64,000 nucleotides of DNA from Candidatus Rariloculaceae bacterium (GCA_965262365.1 OZ253541.1:1291843-1355842), one strand, 5' to 3'. Positions 50,691 to 60,536 are shown, counted from the stretch's first letter. Program-made: numbers and translations. Notes: a model not told the origin generated them from the sequence alone.

Positions 50691-51706
50691 GAAGCGCTCC
50701 CATCGGCCCATACATCGATGTGGGCGATATCCACCGGTGGCGGCGGGCTGTTGCGAGCTTCTTCCGTTGCCTGGTCAATGGCGGCATCGGTTTCGGACTC
50801 GATCGCTTCCAGGTCCTTCTCCGGAATTTCCAGTCCAAGCAACCGCTTCCGGTACATGGGAATGGGGTCCCTGGCCAGCCATGCCTGCAGTTCCTCGTCC
50901 GGCCGGTACTTGCCGGGATCTGCGCGGGAGTGTCCTCCATGGCGGTAGGTCAGCGCTTCAATCAGGCTCGGACCGTCGCCCCGTCGCGCCCTGGCCAGTG
51001 CCGAACAAGCGGTCTGGTAAACCACATCGACATCGTTGCCGTCGATAATGATGGATTCCAGCCCGTAGGCTGCGGCACGGTCCGCCGCCGGATTCTTTAC
51101 CGCAGTGACTTCCTCGATGGGCGTGTATTCCATATAGAGGTTGTTCTCGCAGACGAATACCACAGGCAGCTTCCAGATCACTGCAAAGTTCAACGCTTCG
51201 TGAAAGGCGCCGATGTTCGTGGTCCCGTCGCCGAAGAAACACACTGACACCTGTCCGGTGCCCCTGTACTGAGCCGACCAGGCGGCGCCCGCGGCGACGG
51301 GCAGATGCGCGCCGATGATCGCGTAGGAGCCCATGGCACCGTGCTCCACGCTGGTCAGGTGCATGGACCCGCCCTTGCCGCGTAACAGGCCGCACTCGCG
51401 GGCCATGAGTTCACCCAGTATGGACGTCATGGAAACGCCTCGTACATAGGTATGGTTATGGCCACGATAGGTGCAGAACGAATAGTCGTCCTTTTGCATC
51501 GCCGTTCCGAATCCAGCGGCCACGGCTTCCTGACCCAGGGCCAGGTGACTGGTCCCCTTGACCAGGTTCTGCATGAAAAGATCGTAGGCGCGCTGCTCCA
51601 GCACGCGGCATTCGTACATGACCCGATAAAGTTTCAGTCGAGTAGCGCGATCGATGCTCGGCGCTTGCGCAATGGCGGTTTTCTTGGCTGCCGCAGTGTT
51701 ACCCAT
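50678..51706 (-). CDS. ThDP-dependent 2-oxoacid dehydrogenase E1 component alpha subunit
   Basis: ThDP-binding motif GDGTTNIGAFHEALNFA...VCENN. Start placed at ATG 51706 after AGGGAA; a TTG alternative lies at 51727. Confidence 0.9.
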   Translation of the reverse strand: MGNTAAAKKTAIAQAPSIDRATRLKLYRVMYECRVLEQRAYDLFMQNLVKGTSHLALGQEAVAAGFGTAMQKDDYSFCTYRGHNHTYVRGVSMTSILGELMARECGLLRGKGGSMHLTSVEHGAMGSYAIIGAHLPVAAGAAWSAQYRGTGQVSVCFFGDGTTNIGAFHEALNFAVIWKLPVVFVCENNLYMEYTPIEEVTAVKNPAADRAAAYGLESIIIDGNDVDVVYQTACSALARARRGDGPSLIEALTYRHGGHSRADPGKYRPDEELQAWLARDPIPMYRKRLLGLEIPEKDLEAIESETDAAIDQATEEARNSPPPPVDIAHIDVWADGSASWRN

Positions 51707-51786
51707 TGTTCCCTGCCTGAAATACAAAAATCGCCCCCGCCAGGATGGCGAGGGCGAAATAATAGCTTAGCAGCTAGCGATGGATA

Positions 51787-54216
51787 CTAGAAGCTGTACC
51801 TCAACGTCGCACCGAATTCCCGCGGATCCCTCGGCAGAATATTGAAATTCCTTCTGCGTGGGCTTTGGTTGTTGTCGTTGCCCGAATCCACGATTCGGGG
51901 CGTGTCGTTATCCGTCAGGTTGCGGCTCCAGAGACGCAGACCCCAGTTCTCGTTGCTGAAGTTCACGCTGACGTTCAGCGTCTGAGTCTCCGGCAGCGCC
52001 ATCCAGTTGATGTCATCCAGCCACTGTTCCCCGACGCTACGCCAATCCAGCCTGCCGATCCAGTCCCAGCCGCTGTTGCCTACCACGCCGCGGTAAGTTG
52101 CGGCTACGTTGTATTTCACGTCCGGCTGACGGGAAAACTCGTTGCCGATCACGCTGACACAATCGAACAACACACCGCTTCCGTCTCCTACCCTGTGTTC
52201 CGGCGTCAAGCCGATATCCAGCACCGCGTTGGGGTCGCAAAAAGTCTCGTACTCGGTCTGCTGCAAGGTGAAGCTGCCGCGAATGTCCCAGTTATCGTCG
52301 ACAAACCAGGCGACTTCACTTTCCACGCCCTGTACGTTCGCGGAGCCCAGATCCAACTGCGCCCGCAGCCTGTAGTCGCCGGTCATCAGCCCCGGCAGAA
52401 GGTCCTCGCCGATCGTATCCACACGCCAGTTCAAGGTATAAGCCTGGTTGTAATGCTCCCAATCCATGGCATAGATGGCGGCGGAAAGCTGCACGCGATT
52501 GTCCGCCAGTCCCGCCTTGAAGCCAGCCTCAAGATTGATGATTTCCTCCTGATCGTAAAACAGCACGTCGTCCAGAGACCAATTGATATACCCAATCTCA
52601 ACCGCATGAGCGTGCGCTTGCACGACTTTAGGACTGCGCGCAGCCGGAATAACGCCGGCGGGATTGATGCCCTTGGCTACCTGGGCGTATAACGTCACAC
52701 CGTTATCCATGGCGTGGTTGACTGCCAGTCGCGGCACGAAGGACTCGCTCGTGTTGGTGAATGCGTCCCCCGTAACCTGATTGACATTGGTCATGTCCTC
52801 GCTTTGGTAGCGACCCTCCAGGGAAAGTGTCGTTCGCTCCGTGAGGTCGTAGGAAACATTGCCGAATACTGCCGTATTTTGGGACTGCTCCGAAATGATC
52901 ACTCTCGGCTCGATACCGAGCTCTTCCCGCAGACCGTCGAGGATGCCGCCGTACTGGCTCCAGACCAGGGTAAGGAACTCGTAGTCGTAGACGGACGCGC
53001 CCGCGGTCCAGCGCAGCCTCTCCTCGCCGGGGGAGAGCCAACGCACCTCAACCATCTTCTCTTCGATGTCAGTAGGATCGGCCATGTGGCTCACCGTACC
53101 GCCCATGACCATGCCGTTGGGGAGAATTACCAAGTCCGCATCGCTGCGGTCACCGTCAGCCCAGCGAATATAGGACTCCTCGGAGGCGAAACTCAGGAAC
53201 TGGAGATCGCCATTGTCGAAGCTCACATTGAACTCGCCCTGGAGACGGTCACGTTCATTGATCACGGTCGGATCGAATCGATACGAGGACGCCAGCGCCT
53301 CAACGGGCGTTCCACGGTATCGATCCCCAACTGTGTCGGAGTTTGTGGGGATACCGCCGACGGGAGCGGACGTGTCGCAGTTGAACGTACCCTGAATCCA
53401 GCGTGTACCCATCGGACTGGTGAAATTCGTGCATCGATCCTGTTCATCCCCGCTGATGTAATAACGCAGGGTCATGTCGTCGTCCGTGCGCATGGTCAGG
53501 GCACGGATCTCACCGTTGAAGCGATCGTTGGGCGCAAAGGTGAGCTTGCCGCTGACATAGTCTGTCTGAGTGCCGCCGATCTGAAAGCCCTCCGTGGAAA
53601 CCCACTCGTCCGGCCCGTCGTACTCGTCCACGTTGACATCCAGGGTGTAGCCGAAGGTGTCGTTGATGGGCCCACCCAGTTCAAGCTGGATGGCATTGCG
53701 TCCCAGGTTGGACGAACTGAAACTCAGGTCACCCACGAATTCCTCGCCCGGGTCCCGCGTAACGTAGTTGATGGCGCCAGCGAAGGTGGAGCGGCCGAAG
53801 GCAGCGCTCTGGGGTCCACGGAACACCTCAACGCGCTCCACGCCGGTGAACTGCATCGTACCCTGGGCACCCACCAGCGGAAGGCCGTCGATGAAGGACA
53901 TGACTTTCTGCCGGGTGGTAGCAGTCGCTGTGGACTGAATTCCCCGCACGGCCGGCGTAGCGTTATTGCGGTCGCCGTTGGTGTCGAAATCCACACCGGG
54001 TGTCAGCTCGAAGAAATCCCGCGGCTCGATAATCCCGGCTTCGTCGATCAGAGAACTCGAGATCACCGAAATGGAAACCGGAATCTCCTGCAGATTCTCT
54101 TCGCGCTTTCTGGCAGTGACCACGATTTCTTCCAACGCGGTTACGCCCTGGGAATAGGCAGGTGGCCCCACGACGGCTACGGCAACGGCGGCGAGAGCAA
54201 GTGTTGATTTGCGCAT
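51787..54216 (-). CDS. TonB-dependent receptor
   Basis: Signal peptide, plug (LEEIVVTARKREENLQEIPVSISVI), and a barrel ending in ...ATLRYSF. Start placed at ATG 54216 after AAGGGG. Confidence 0.9.
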   Translation of the reverse strand: MRKSTLALAAVAVAVVGPPAYSQGVTALEEIVVTARKREENLQEIPVSISVISSSLIDEAGIIEPRDFFELTPGVDFDTNGDRNNATPAVRGIQSTATATTRQKVMSFIDGLPLVGAQGTMQFTGVERVEVFRGPQSAAFGRSTFAGAINYVTRDPGEEFVGDLSFSSSNLGRNAIQLELGGPINDTFGYTLDVNVDEYDGPDEWVSTEGFQIGGTQTDYVSGKLTFAPNDRFNGEIRALTMRTDDDMTLRYYISGDEQDRCTNFTSPMGTRWIQGTFNCDTSAPVGGIPTNSDTVGDRYRGTPVEALASSYRFDPTVINERDRLQGEFNVSFDNGDLQFLSFASEESYIRWADGDRSDADLVILPNGMVMGGTVSHMADPTDIEEKMVEVRWLSPGEERLRWTAGASVYDYEFLTLVWSQYGGILDGLREELGIEPRVIISEQSQNTAVFGNVSYDLTERTTLSLEGRYQSEDMTNVNQVTGDAFTNTSESFVPRLAVNHAMDNGVTLYAQVAKGINPAGVIPAARSPKVVQAHAHAVEIGYINWSLDDVLFYDQEEIINLEAGFKAGLADNRVQLSAAIYAMDWEHYNQAYTLNWRVDTIGEDLLPGLMTGDYRLRAQLDLGSANVQGVESEVAWFVDDNWDIRGSFTLQQTEYETFCDPNAVLDIGLTPEHRVGDGSGVLFDCVSVIGNEFSRQPDVKYNVAATYRGVVGNSGWDWIGRLDWRSVGEQWLDDINWMALPETQTLNVSVNFSNENWGLRLWSRNLTDNDTPRIVDSGNDNNQSPRRRNFNILPRDPREFGATLRYSF

Positions 54217-54391
54217 AGACAACCCCTTGGAGTCGATTGAATCGTGTTACTTCAAGTCTCTGATGCCCACTCGCCGTGCTTTTGACGCTACCAGCGTAAT
54301 GTGCATGAACCCCGATAGTATGGCACGAGATTCAGTTTTGTCGAGCATCGTCTTATTCGTTGCTAGTAAACAACGCGTACGCATACCGACG

Positions 54392-55966
54392 CTACGCGCG
54401 CGACGAGGCATCGGACAGGCTCACCCGCTCGATATGCTTGGCCGGAAGGGGCTCTGTCACTCTGGAAACGAATACGGTCACAAGCGTGGCGACAAGCCCG
54501 GCCAATGTCGCTGCGGAATAGGGGCTGGTCGCATAGAAATCAAACCAGCGCCCGAACGATTCCAGAACCGTGCCCGACGGCCAACGGCCAGAAAGGGCCT
54601 CGCTGTGGATCACCACGAACAGCGTGGCGCCGGTCCAGAACCCCCATAGCGCTCCAGCCCGGGTAACACCGTTCCAGATCGAACCCAGGACCAGCGGACC
54701 CGCCAGGGACGCCGTAAACCCGCCGATCCCCACCCATACCAGCAAGACGACGTTCATATCCATTACCGCCCAGGCCAGCGCGGCGGACCCCACCAACACG
54801 AACACCGTGACGATGCGGCTGATCGTCAATACGTCGCGGTCCAACTCCACGGGCTTCCGATGGGCAAACCACCGGGGGGCAATACTGCGCCGGAAGATGT
54901 CGTTCGCGAAGACCTGGGAGGTGGAGATGACCAGGCCGTCGGCCGTGGACATGACCGCGGCCAGGATGCCGACTCCCAACAAGGCGGCCAACCATGTGGG
55001 AAAGATTTCCAGAAACAGCGCCGGCAACGCCGTGTTGGCGCCGCCATCCCCACCGGCGAGAAGGCCGTCCCCAAGCGCGCCCCGTGCCAGTGCGCCACCC
55101 AGTGTGATGGCCGGCAGGATCATGCCGAAAGTGAATGCCATCGCCAGGAATCGGGTACGCGCCCGCTCGCCCTTGAGCGCCCATAGCTTGTTGCCGATGT
55201 GCGGCAGAAGCCCGAGCGGAATGTGGGCCACGACCAGGCTGACGAACGACCAGACCGATGCGGTGATGGCGGCGCCGGGATGAAACGGTTCAAGAAGCCG
55301 GGGTTCCTGCAAGCGCAGGTTTTCCAGGAGCATCGCGAAGCCGCCATTTCCCGCGCCCATCATGAACAGCACAAGGATCACGGCCGCCAATACCACCATT
55401 AGCAAACCTTGCGCACCGTCTGTCAGAATGTCCGCGTGAGCGCCGCCAAGCGTCACGTACCCCAGAAGAACAGCGGTAGTGATGGCCAATGCCCAGCCCT
55501 TGGACAGCCCCAGCATCATTTCGAACATCACCAGTCCGGCGACCAACTGCCCCGCCAGGTAGAACAGGAGGATCAAGGAAAACACGGCGGCGGAAATACG
55601 CAACGCCTCGGACTGGTACCGCTCGCCCAGGTATTCGGGGATCGAACGCACGCCGGTAAGATTGCCGTAACGACCGACGGTGCGCTGGCAGATCAGGATT
55701 CCAAGGTAAACGCCCACCGGGTAGAGAAAGGCGATCCAGAGCGTGGACATGCCGTACGTATAGGTGAGCCCCGGCAGACCGAGAAACGTGGCGCCGCTGG
55801 CCGCGGTGGACGCAAACGCCAGCGCGAGCACGGCCGGTCCGTAGCCCGCGCGCGCCACGGCGTAATCGTCCGCGCCGCTCACCTTCCGGCTGCCCAGCAC
55901 GCCGAATCCCACCATTACAAGGATGTAACCGAACAGGAAAAGCCAGGACCAACTGTGCAGAGTCAT
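54392..55966 (-). CDS. sodium:solute symporter (SSS) family transporter
   Basis: About 13 TM helices with an N-terminal ...GSRKVSGADDYAVARAGYG motif typical of the SSF family. Start placed at ATG 55966. Confidence 0.85.
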   Translation of the reverse strand: MTLHSWSWLFLFGYILVMVGFGVLGSRKVSGADDYAVARAGYGPAVLALAFASTAASGATFLGLPGLTYTYGMSTLWIAFLYPVGVYLGILICQRTVGRYGNLTGVRSIPEYLGERYQSEALRISAAVFSLILLFYLAGQLVAGLVMFEMMLGLSKGWALAITTAVLLGYVTLGGAHADILTDGAQGLLMVVLAAVILVLFMMGAGNGGFAMLLENLRLQEPRLLEPFHPGAAITASVWSFVSLVVAHIPLGLLPHIGNKLWALKGERARTRFLAMAFTFGMILPAITLGGALARGALGDGLLAGGDGGANTALPALFLEIFPTWLAALLGVGILAAVMSTADGLVISTSQVFANDIFRRSIAPRWFAHRKPVELDRDVLTISRIVTVFVLVGSAALAWAVMDMNVVLLVWVGIGGFTASLAGPLVLGSIWNGVTRAGALWGFWTGATLFVVIHSEALSGRWPSGTVLESFGRWFDFYATSPYSAATLAGLVATLVTVFVSRVTEPLPAKHIERVSLSDASSRA

Positions 55967-56101
55967 CGAGTTATCCGGGTCACTTCGCGCCGCGCGTATG
56001 CGGGCCACGGGCGTACCTGTGTGTCGATAAAAGTTGAAAACTAACCATTTTAACGAAATAATCCGCGCGCACTAGACGACACCGCGACATCTCGGGAGAA
56101 C

Positions 56102-57130
56102 ATGATGATCAATGCTGCCATCGTCGGTATGGGTTGGTGGGGACAGACTCTGGTCGAGTCCGTCTCCGGCAACAGCAACAAGATCCGGTTTGTCACCGGT
56201 GTTGCCCGACGCTCCACGGAGCAGCTCGAAGCGTTTACCCGCGAGCACGGACTGGCGTTCGAACATGATTACGCGGAGGTACTCGACGACCCGAAAATCG
56301 ACGCCATTGTATTGGCCACTCCCCACTCGACACACGCTGATCAGGTAGTGGCAGCCGCCGAAGCCGGCAAGCATGTCTTCTGCGAGAAGCCGTTCGCGTT
56401 GCGCAAGGCCTCCGCCGAGCGGGCCGTGGCGGCAACCGAAAAGGCCGGCGTGACCCTCGGTCTCGGATATAACCGGCGCCTGCATCCGGAAATGACCAAA
56501 CTGCGAGAGCGCATTCGATCCGGTGAACTCGGCACGGTCCTGCACTGCGAAGCCAACATGACGTTTCCCAACGCCCTGTACCTGTCGCCGGACGCCTGGC
56601 GGGCAAGCGCGCACGAGACGCCTTGCGGAGGTTTGACGCCCATGGGCGTGCACGCCGTCGATGGCATGATCGACCTCTGCGGGGAGATTGACGAGGTCTA
56701 CTGCCAGAGTTTTCGACGCGCGGTCGCTGTGGACGCCGATGACACCACCTCGATGCTGTTCCGCATGAAGGCGGGAATGTCCGGGTACCTGGGCACAATG
56801 ACCGCGACCGGCGGCGGCTTCAGCTTCCAGGTGTTCGGGTCCAAGGGTTTTGTAAGGCTGGAAGGCATGACGCACATCGCCGGTGCGTCGTCGGATGAAC
56901 GGCGCAAGCGCTGCTTCGGTAACTGCTACTTCAAGCCCGTCAAGGGCCCCCTGGAGTCCTGGCAGGCTGACAAGGTCGACATTGTCAATGCCTCGCTGGA
57001 ATGTTTTGCAGACGCTGTGGACGGCACGCAGCCGTTCATGATATCCACCCGGGAGATGATTCACGGCGCCGCGGTGACCGAAACAATAGTAAGGTCAGCG
57101 CAGTCCCATCAAGTCGAAAAGGTCGTCTGA
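56102..57130 (+). CDS. Gfo/Idh/MocA family oxidoreductase
   Basis: INAAIVGMGWWG Rossmann start and the EKP motif (VFCEKPFAL). Confidence 0.85.
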   Translation: MMINAAIVGMGWWGQTLVESVSGNSNKIRFVTGVARRSTEQLEAFTREHGLAFEHDYAEVLDDPKIDAIVLATPHSTHADQVVAAAEAGKHVFCEKPFALRKASAERAVAATEKAGVTLGLGYNRRLHPEMTKLRERIRSGELGTVLHCEANMTFPNALYLSPDAWRASAHETPCGGLTPMGVHAVDGMIDLCGEIDEVYCQSFRRAVAVDADDTTSMLFRMKAGMSGYLGTMTATGGGFSFQVFGSKGFVRLEGMTHIAGASSDERRKRCFGNCYFKPVKGPLESWQADKVDIVNASLECFADAVDGTQPFMISTREMIHGAAVTETIVRSAQSHQVEKVV

Positions 57131-57192
57131 GTGACGGCCCTCGCAAACGACCGAACTAGACAACAAATACTCAATTTACGAGGAGATTCGCG

Positions 57193-58425
57193 GTGAGAGA
57201 AGGCACAGTTGGAATGATGCAGGTGGACTATGAGCAGCGGATGGACATGGACCGCATGCGAGAACACCGCGTGTCGCGCATCAAGAAGTACATGGACGAA
57301 TTCGACGTGGAGTGCCTGCTGCTGTTCGACACCAGCAACAAGCGCTACGCCACCTCCACCGCCGTGGCCTCGCCCGAAGTGGACAACATGGGACGCTACG
57401 CCATCGTGCCCCGCGACGGCTATCCGCACATCTTTGGCTTCGGTTCGGAAGTAGCAGCGGAAAAGCTCTACTGTCCGTGGGTCGCCGAAACCACGTTCCC
57501 GGCCCACGGCACCATGCACGGCGCCCTGCCCATGGCCTGGAAGTGCTACGAAGGCTTTCTCAAGGACCTGGACATGGTTCTGGACAACCACGGCATGGAC
57601 AAGAAGAAGGTCCGAATCGGCGTGGACATCGTCGAGTCCCAGATCATCCTGGCGCTGCTGGAGAACGGCTACAACATCACCGACGGCCAGGGCGTCATGC
57701 AGTATGCGCGCGCCATCAAGAACGAAGACGAGATCATGTGCCTGAAACACGGTGCGGCGATCGTCGATGGCGCATTCCACAGGATCGCGCAGACGATTGC
57801 GCCCGGGGTCAAGGAGAACGATCTGCAGGCGGTGGCGGCCTACGAGATGCACCGCCTGGGCGCCCAATGGGTCCACAACGTGCAGGTCACGACCGGCAAT
57901 CGAACCCATCCCCATCCCCATCTGAGTTCGGATCGCCTGATTCAGCCCGGGGACATGATCTTCATGGACATCGTCTGCATGTTCAACGGCTATCACACCT
58001 GCGTCTACCGCTGTTTCTGCTGCGGCAAGCCGAATCAGAAGCAACTGGACATCCACAAGCGCTGCCTGGAGTACCAGCTTGCGGGCATCGAGGCGGTGAA
58101 GCCCGGCGTCACCAGCGCGGACGTTGCCGCCGTCTGGCCCGATCACAAGGCCATGGGCGCCCGCAGTGAGCACGAAGTCTTCGGCCTGCAGTACGGACAC
58201 GGGCTCGGCGTAGGTCTGTGGGAGTTCCCGATCATCTCCCGCGCCTACAGTTTCGATCATCCGGTGGAGATCCGGCCCGGAATGGTTTTCGCGCTGGAAA
58301 CCTACGCGGGCATCGGCTACGACGGCGTGCGGCTGGAAGACGAGGTCGTGGTCACGGAAACCGGCATCGAAGTCATCACCAAGTTCCCGACCGATGTACT
58401 CTTCGGTTGCGGAATGAACTACTAG
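57193..58425 (+). CDS. M24 (pita-bread fold) family hydrolase, creatinase/prolidase-like, atypical metal site
   Basis: N-terminal creatinase/prolidase domain followed by a pita-bread domain (GDMIFMD..., YGHGLGVG, MVFALE, VRLEDEVVVTETG). GTG start 7 nt after AGGAG. Confidence 0.85.
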   Translation: MREGTVGMMQVDYEQRMDMDRMREHRVSRIKKYMDEFDVECLLLFDTSNKRYATSTAVASPEVDNMGRYAIVPRDGYPHIFGFGSEVAAEKLYCPWVAETTFPAHGTMHGALPMAWKCYEGFLKDLDMVLDNHGMDKKKVRIGVDIVESQIILALLENGYNITDGQGVMQYARAIKNEDEIMCLKHGAAIVDGAFHRIAQTIAPGVKENDLQAVAAYEMHRLGAQWVHNVQVTTGNRTHPHPHLSSDRLIQPGDMIFMDIVCMFNGYHTCVYRCFCCGKPNQKQLDIHKRCLEYQLAGIEAVKPGVTSADVAAVWPDHKAMGARSEHEVFGLQYGHGLGVGLWEFPIISRAYSFDHPVEIRPGMVFALETYAGIGYDGVRLEDEVVVTETGIEVITKFPTDVLFGCGMNY

Positions 58426-58434
58426 CCGAGTCCC

Positions 58435-59493
58435 ATGAGCAAGCTGAAGATCGCGCTGATCCCCGGAGACGGGATCGGCAATGAAGTCATGCCCGAGGGC
58501 GTGCGGGTCCTGGAAGCCGCGGCGGCCGGGCACGGCATCGAGTTTCAGTGGCAGGAATTTGACTGGTCCTGCGAGCGCTACCTGAAGACCGGTGCGATGA
58601 TGCCCGCGGACGGCATCGAAACGCTCCGTGCCTTCGACGCCATTTATCTCGGCGCGGTCGGTTTCCCCACCGTCGCAGACCACGTCTCGCTCTGGGGTCT
58701 GCTGATCCCGATCAGGCGCGAATTCGATCAGTACATCAACCTGCGCCCGGTGAGGCTCTTCGACGGTGTCCCCTGTCCGCTGGCGGGCAAGAAGGCCGGC
58801 GACATCGATTTCTACGTGGTGCGGGAGAACGTCGAGGGCGAATACTCGGCCATCGGCGGGGTTCAGTATCAGGGAACCGAAAACGAGATCGTCATCCAGC
58901 AGAGCGTGTTTACCCGACACGGCGTCGACCGGGTCGTCAAGTACGCCTATGAACTGGCCAGTTCACGTTCTGCGAAGCACTTGACCTCGGCGACAAAGTC
59001 CAACGGAATCATTCATTCGATGCCGTACTGGGATGCGCGGGTCAAGGCGATGGGCGAGAACTACCCGGATGTGGAGGTGGATCAGTTCCACATCGACATT
59101 CTCACCGCCAACTTCGTGCGCATGCCGGAACACTTCGATGTCGTGGTCGGAAGCAACCTGTTCGGTGACATCCTTTCCGATCTCGGTCCCGCCTGCACGG
59201 GTACCATCGCCATCGCCCCGTCGGCGAACATGAACCCGGAGAAGGCGCACCCGTCCATGTTCGAACCGGTTCACGGCTCGGCGCCGGACATCGTCGGCCG
59301 GGGCATCGCCAACCCGATCGGCACTATCTGGGCCGGTGCGATGATGCTTCAGCACCTGGGTCATCAGGCCGTTCACGATGCGATACTTGGGGCCATTGAA
59401 ACCGTACTTCGCGAGGGCAAGCGCCTGACCCCGGACATGGGCGGCAAAGCCACCACGAAGCAATTGGGCAAGGCCATCGCAGGGGCGATCTAG
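58435..59493 (+). CDS. tartrate dehydrogenase/decarboxylase / D-malate dehydrogenase family (isopropylmalate dehydrogenase fold)
   Basis: KIALIPGDGIGNEV start, NLRP, VRENVEGEYS, and NLFGDILSD motifs. 352 aa. Confidence 0.85.
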   Translation: MSKLKIALIPGDGIGNEVMPEGVRVLEAAAAGHGIEFQWQEFDWSCERYLKTGAMMPADGIETLRAFDAIYLGAVGFPTVADHVSLWGLLIPIRREFDQYINLRPVRLFDGVPCPLAGKKAGDIDFYVVRENVEGEYSAIGGVQYQGTENEIVIQQSVFTRHGVDRVVKYAYELASSRSAKHLTSATKSNGIIHSMPYWDARVKAMGENYPDVEVDQFHIDILTANFVRMPEHFDVVVGSNLFGDILSDLGPACTGTIAIAPSANMNPEKAHPSMFEPVHGSAPDIVGRGIANPIGTIWAGAMMLQHLGHQAVHDAILGAIETVLREGKRLTPDMGGKATTKQLGKAIAGAI

Positions 59494-59562
59494 GCGGCGC
59501 GGCGCGGAGGCCGCGAACAGAGGTCCGGGCGGCGTGTCAGGTTTCGATTCCGAATAGCCAGG

Positions 59563-59970
59563 ATGCAGATGCAACGCCGGCAACTCTGGCTGGTTCTCCT
59601 GGTGGAGACCGTATTCCTGGTCATCCTGGCGGTGTGGATACTGATACGCCTGGACCGAATCTTCGAGCCGGTCAGCGTGCTCGTGGCGCTCGCCATCATC
59701 GTCATCGGCGATGTGATCGCGGTACTCCTGATGCAGGGATTCGCACCCACGCGGATCATCTTTTCGGCGGGCGAGAACGAGTCGAAGGGACAAGCCCTGA
59801 AGGGCTTCGGCTCAAGCGACCGTGGACGCGTCGTCGTGGGAGGCGAAAAATGGTCGGCACGCCGCCATGGATCGCGACCCATCAACCCGGGCGACCCCGT
59901 CCGGGTCGTCTCGCGCAAGGGGTTGATCCTGATCGTGGAACAGATCCCGTCCAGTGGCCCAGGTGAGTAA
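59563..59970 (+). CDS. NfeD-family membrane protein
   Basis: Two or three N-terminal TM helices and a C-terminal OB-like segment GRVVVGGEKWSAR...INPGDPVRVVSRKGLILIVE. Confidence 0.6.
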   Translation: MQMQRRQLWLVLLVETVFLVILAVWILIRLDRIFEPVSVLVALAIIVIGDVIAVLLMQGFAPTRIIFSAGENESKGQALKGFGSSDRGRVVVGGEKWSARRHGSRPINPGDPVRVVSRKGLILIVEQIPSSGPGE

Positions 59971-60071
59971 CGGCTCGACATGCAGACGCATCGAATCCCT
60001 GCCCCGACCGCATCTGCTATTCTGCAACCGGATTTTACCGACGATGACCCGAGAGGCTTGAACGGAGATTC

Positions 60072-60496
60072 GTGCAGATGACCAGCGGCACCGTCTTCGA
60101 TCTGGCGACCGTCGATCCGCCCGGTGGCAGTTCCAATGCTCCCGGGACGCGCGAATACCCGCCCTACAACGAAGAATGGGAGGCGAAGTACGCAGCCAAC
60201 CGCGAGCGGGTTCGGCGCGGCGAGTTTCCCGACCCGATCTCGACTTGCGGCACCCCGGCGGGGTACTCGCGGCTGATGAACATGCCCGCCGGAATCGAGT
60301 TCGTCGTCACGCCGGAGCAGGTCTGGATCATCACCGAAGACGGGCCCAACATCATGCGCATCTACACCGACGGTCGAAGCCACCCGGCACGCGCATGATC
60401 GAATTTGCCTGCGCGGAGAACAATCGAAACCCGGTGGATGCTGCGGGGAGAACGCTGACCCTCGACCAGGATGGCAATATTCTGGACGATCTTTGA
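60072..60496 (+). pseudogene. internally deleted, frameshifted paralogue of the gene at 60834..61562
   Basis: ORF 60072..60398 ends right after ...CGTPAGYSRLMNMPAGIEFVVTPEQVWIITEDGPNIMRIYTDGRSHPA. The neighbouring paralogue continues from the equivalent RRIYLDGRDHP with about 130 more residues. A second frame (MIEFACAENNRNPVD...) then runs to 60496. Confidence 0.5.
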
Positions 60497-60536
60497 ACAT
60501 GTTCGAGTACACACAAGGCAATCCGGAGCGAGCGAA

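Noticed and set aside
52714-54207. 497-aa plus-strand ORF opposite the TonB-dependent receptor (and 51865..52692)
   Set aside because: Antisense shadow ORFs. The receptor frame has a plug domain, a signal peptide and a terminal aromatic residue.
54223-54391. Possible riboswitch (B12 or TPP) in the leader of the TonB-dependent receptor gene
   Set aside because: I read the minus-strand leader and found no B12-box (GCCACTG-like) or TPP (CTGAGA...) core motif, and no convincing multi-stem structure.
57193-58425. Possibility that the M24 protein is a DddP-type DMSP lyase
   Set aside because: There is only generic M24 and creatinase-N similarity (for example DRMRE.R and LED.V..TE.G). The characteristic second Asp is replaced by Cys, and I cannot verify specific DddP signatures without a search.
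57109-58920. 603-aa minus-strand ORF spanning the M24 and tartrate-dehydrogenase-like genes; also 56072..57064 opposite the Gfo/Idh/MocA gene
   Set aside because: They cross a gene boundary on the opposite strand and have a His/Asp/Val/Gly-rich composition with no family motifs. The plus-strand genes have RBSs and strong family signatures.
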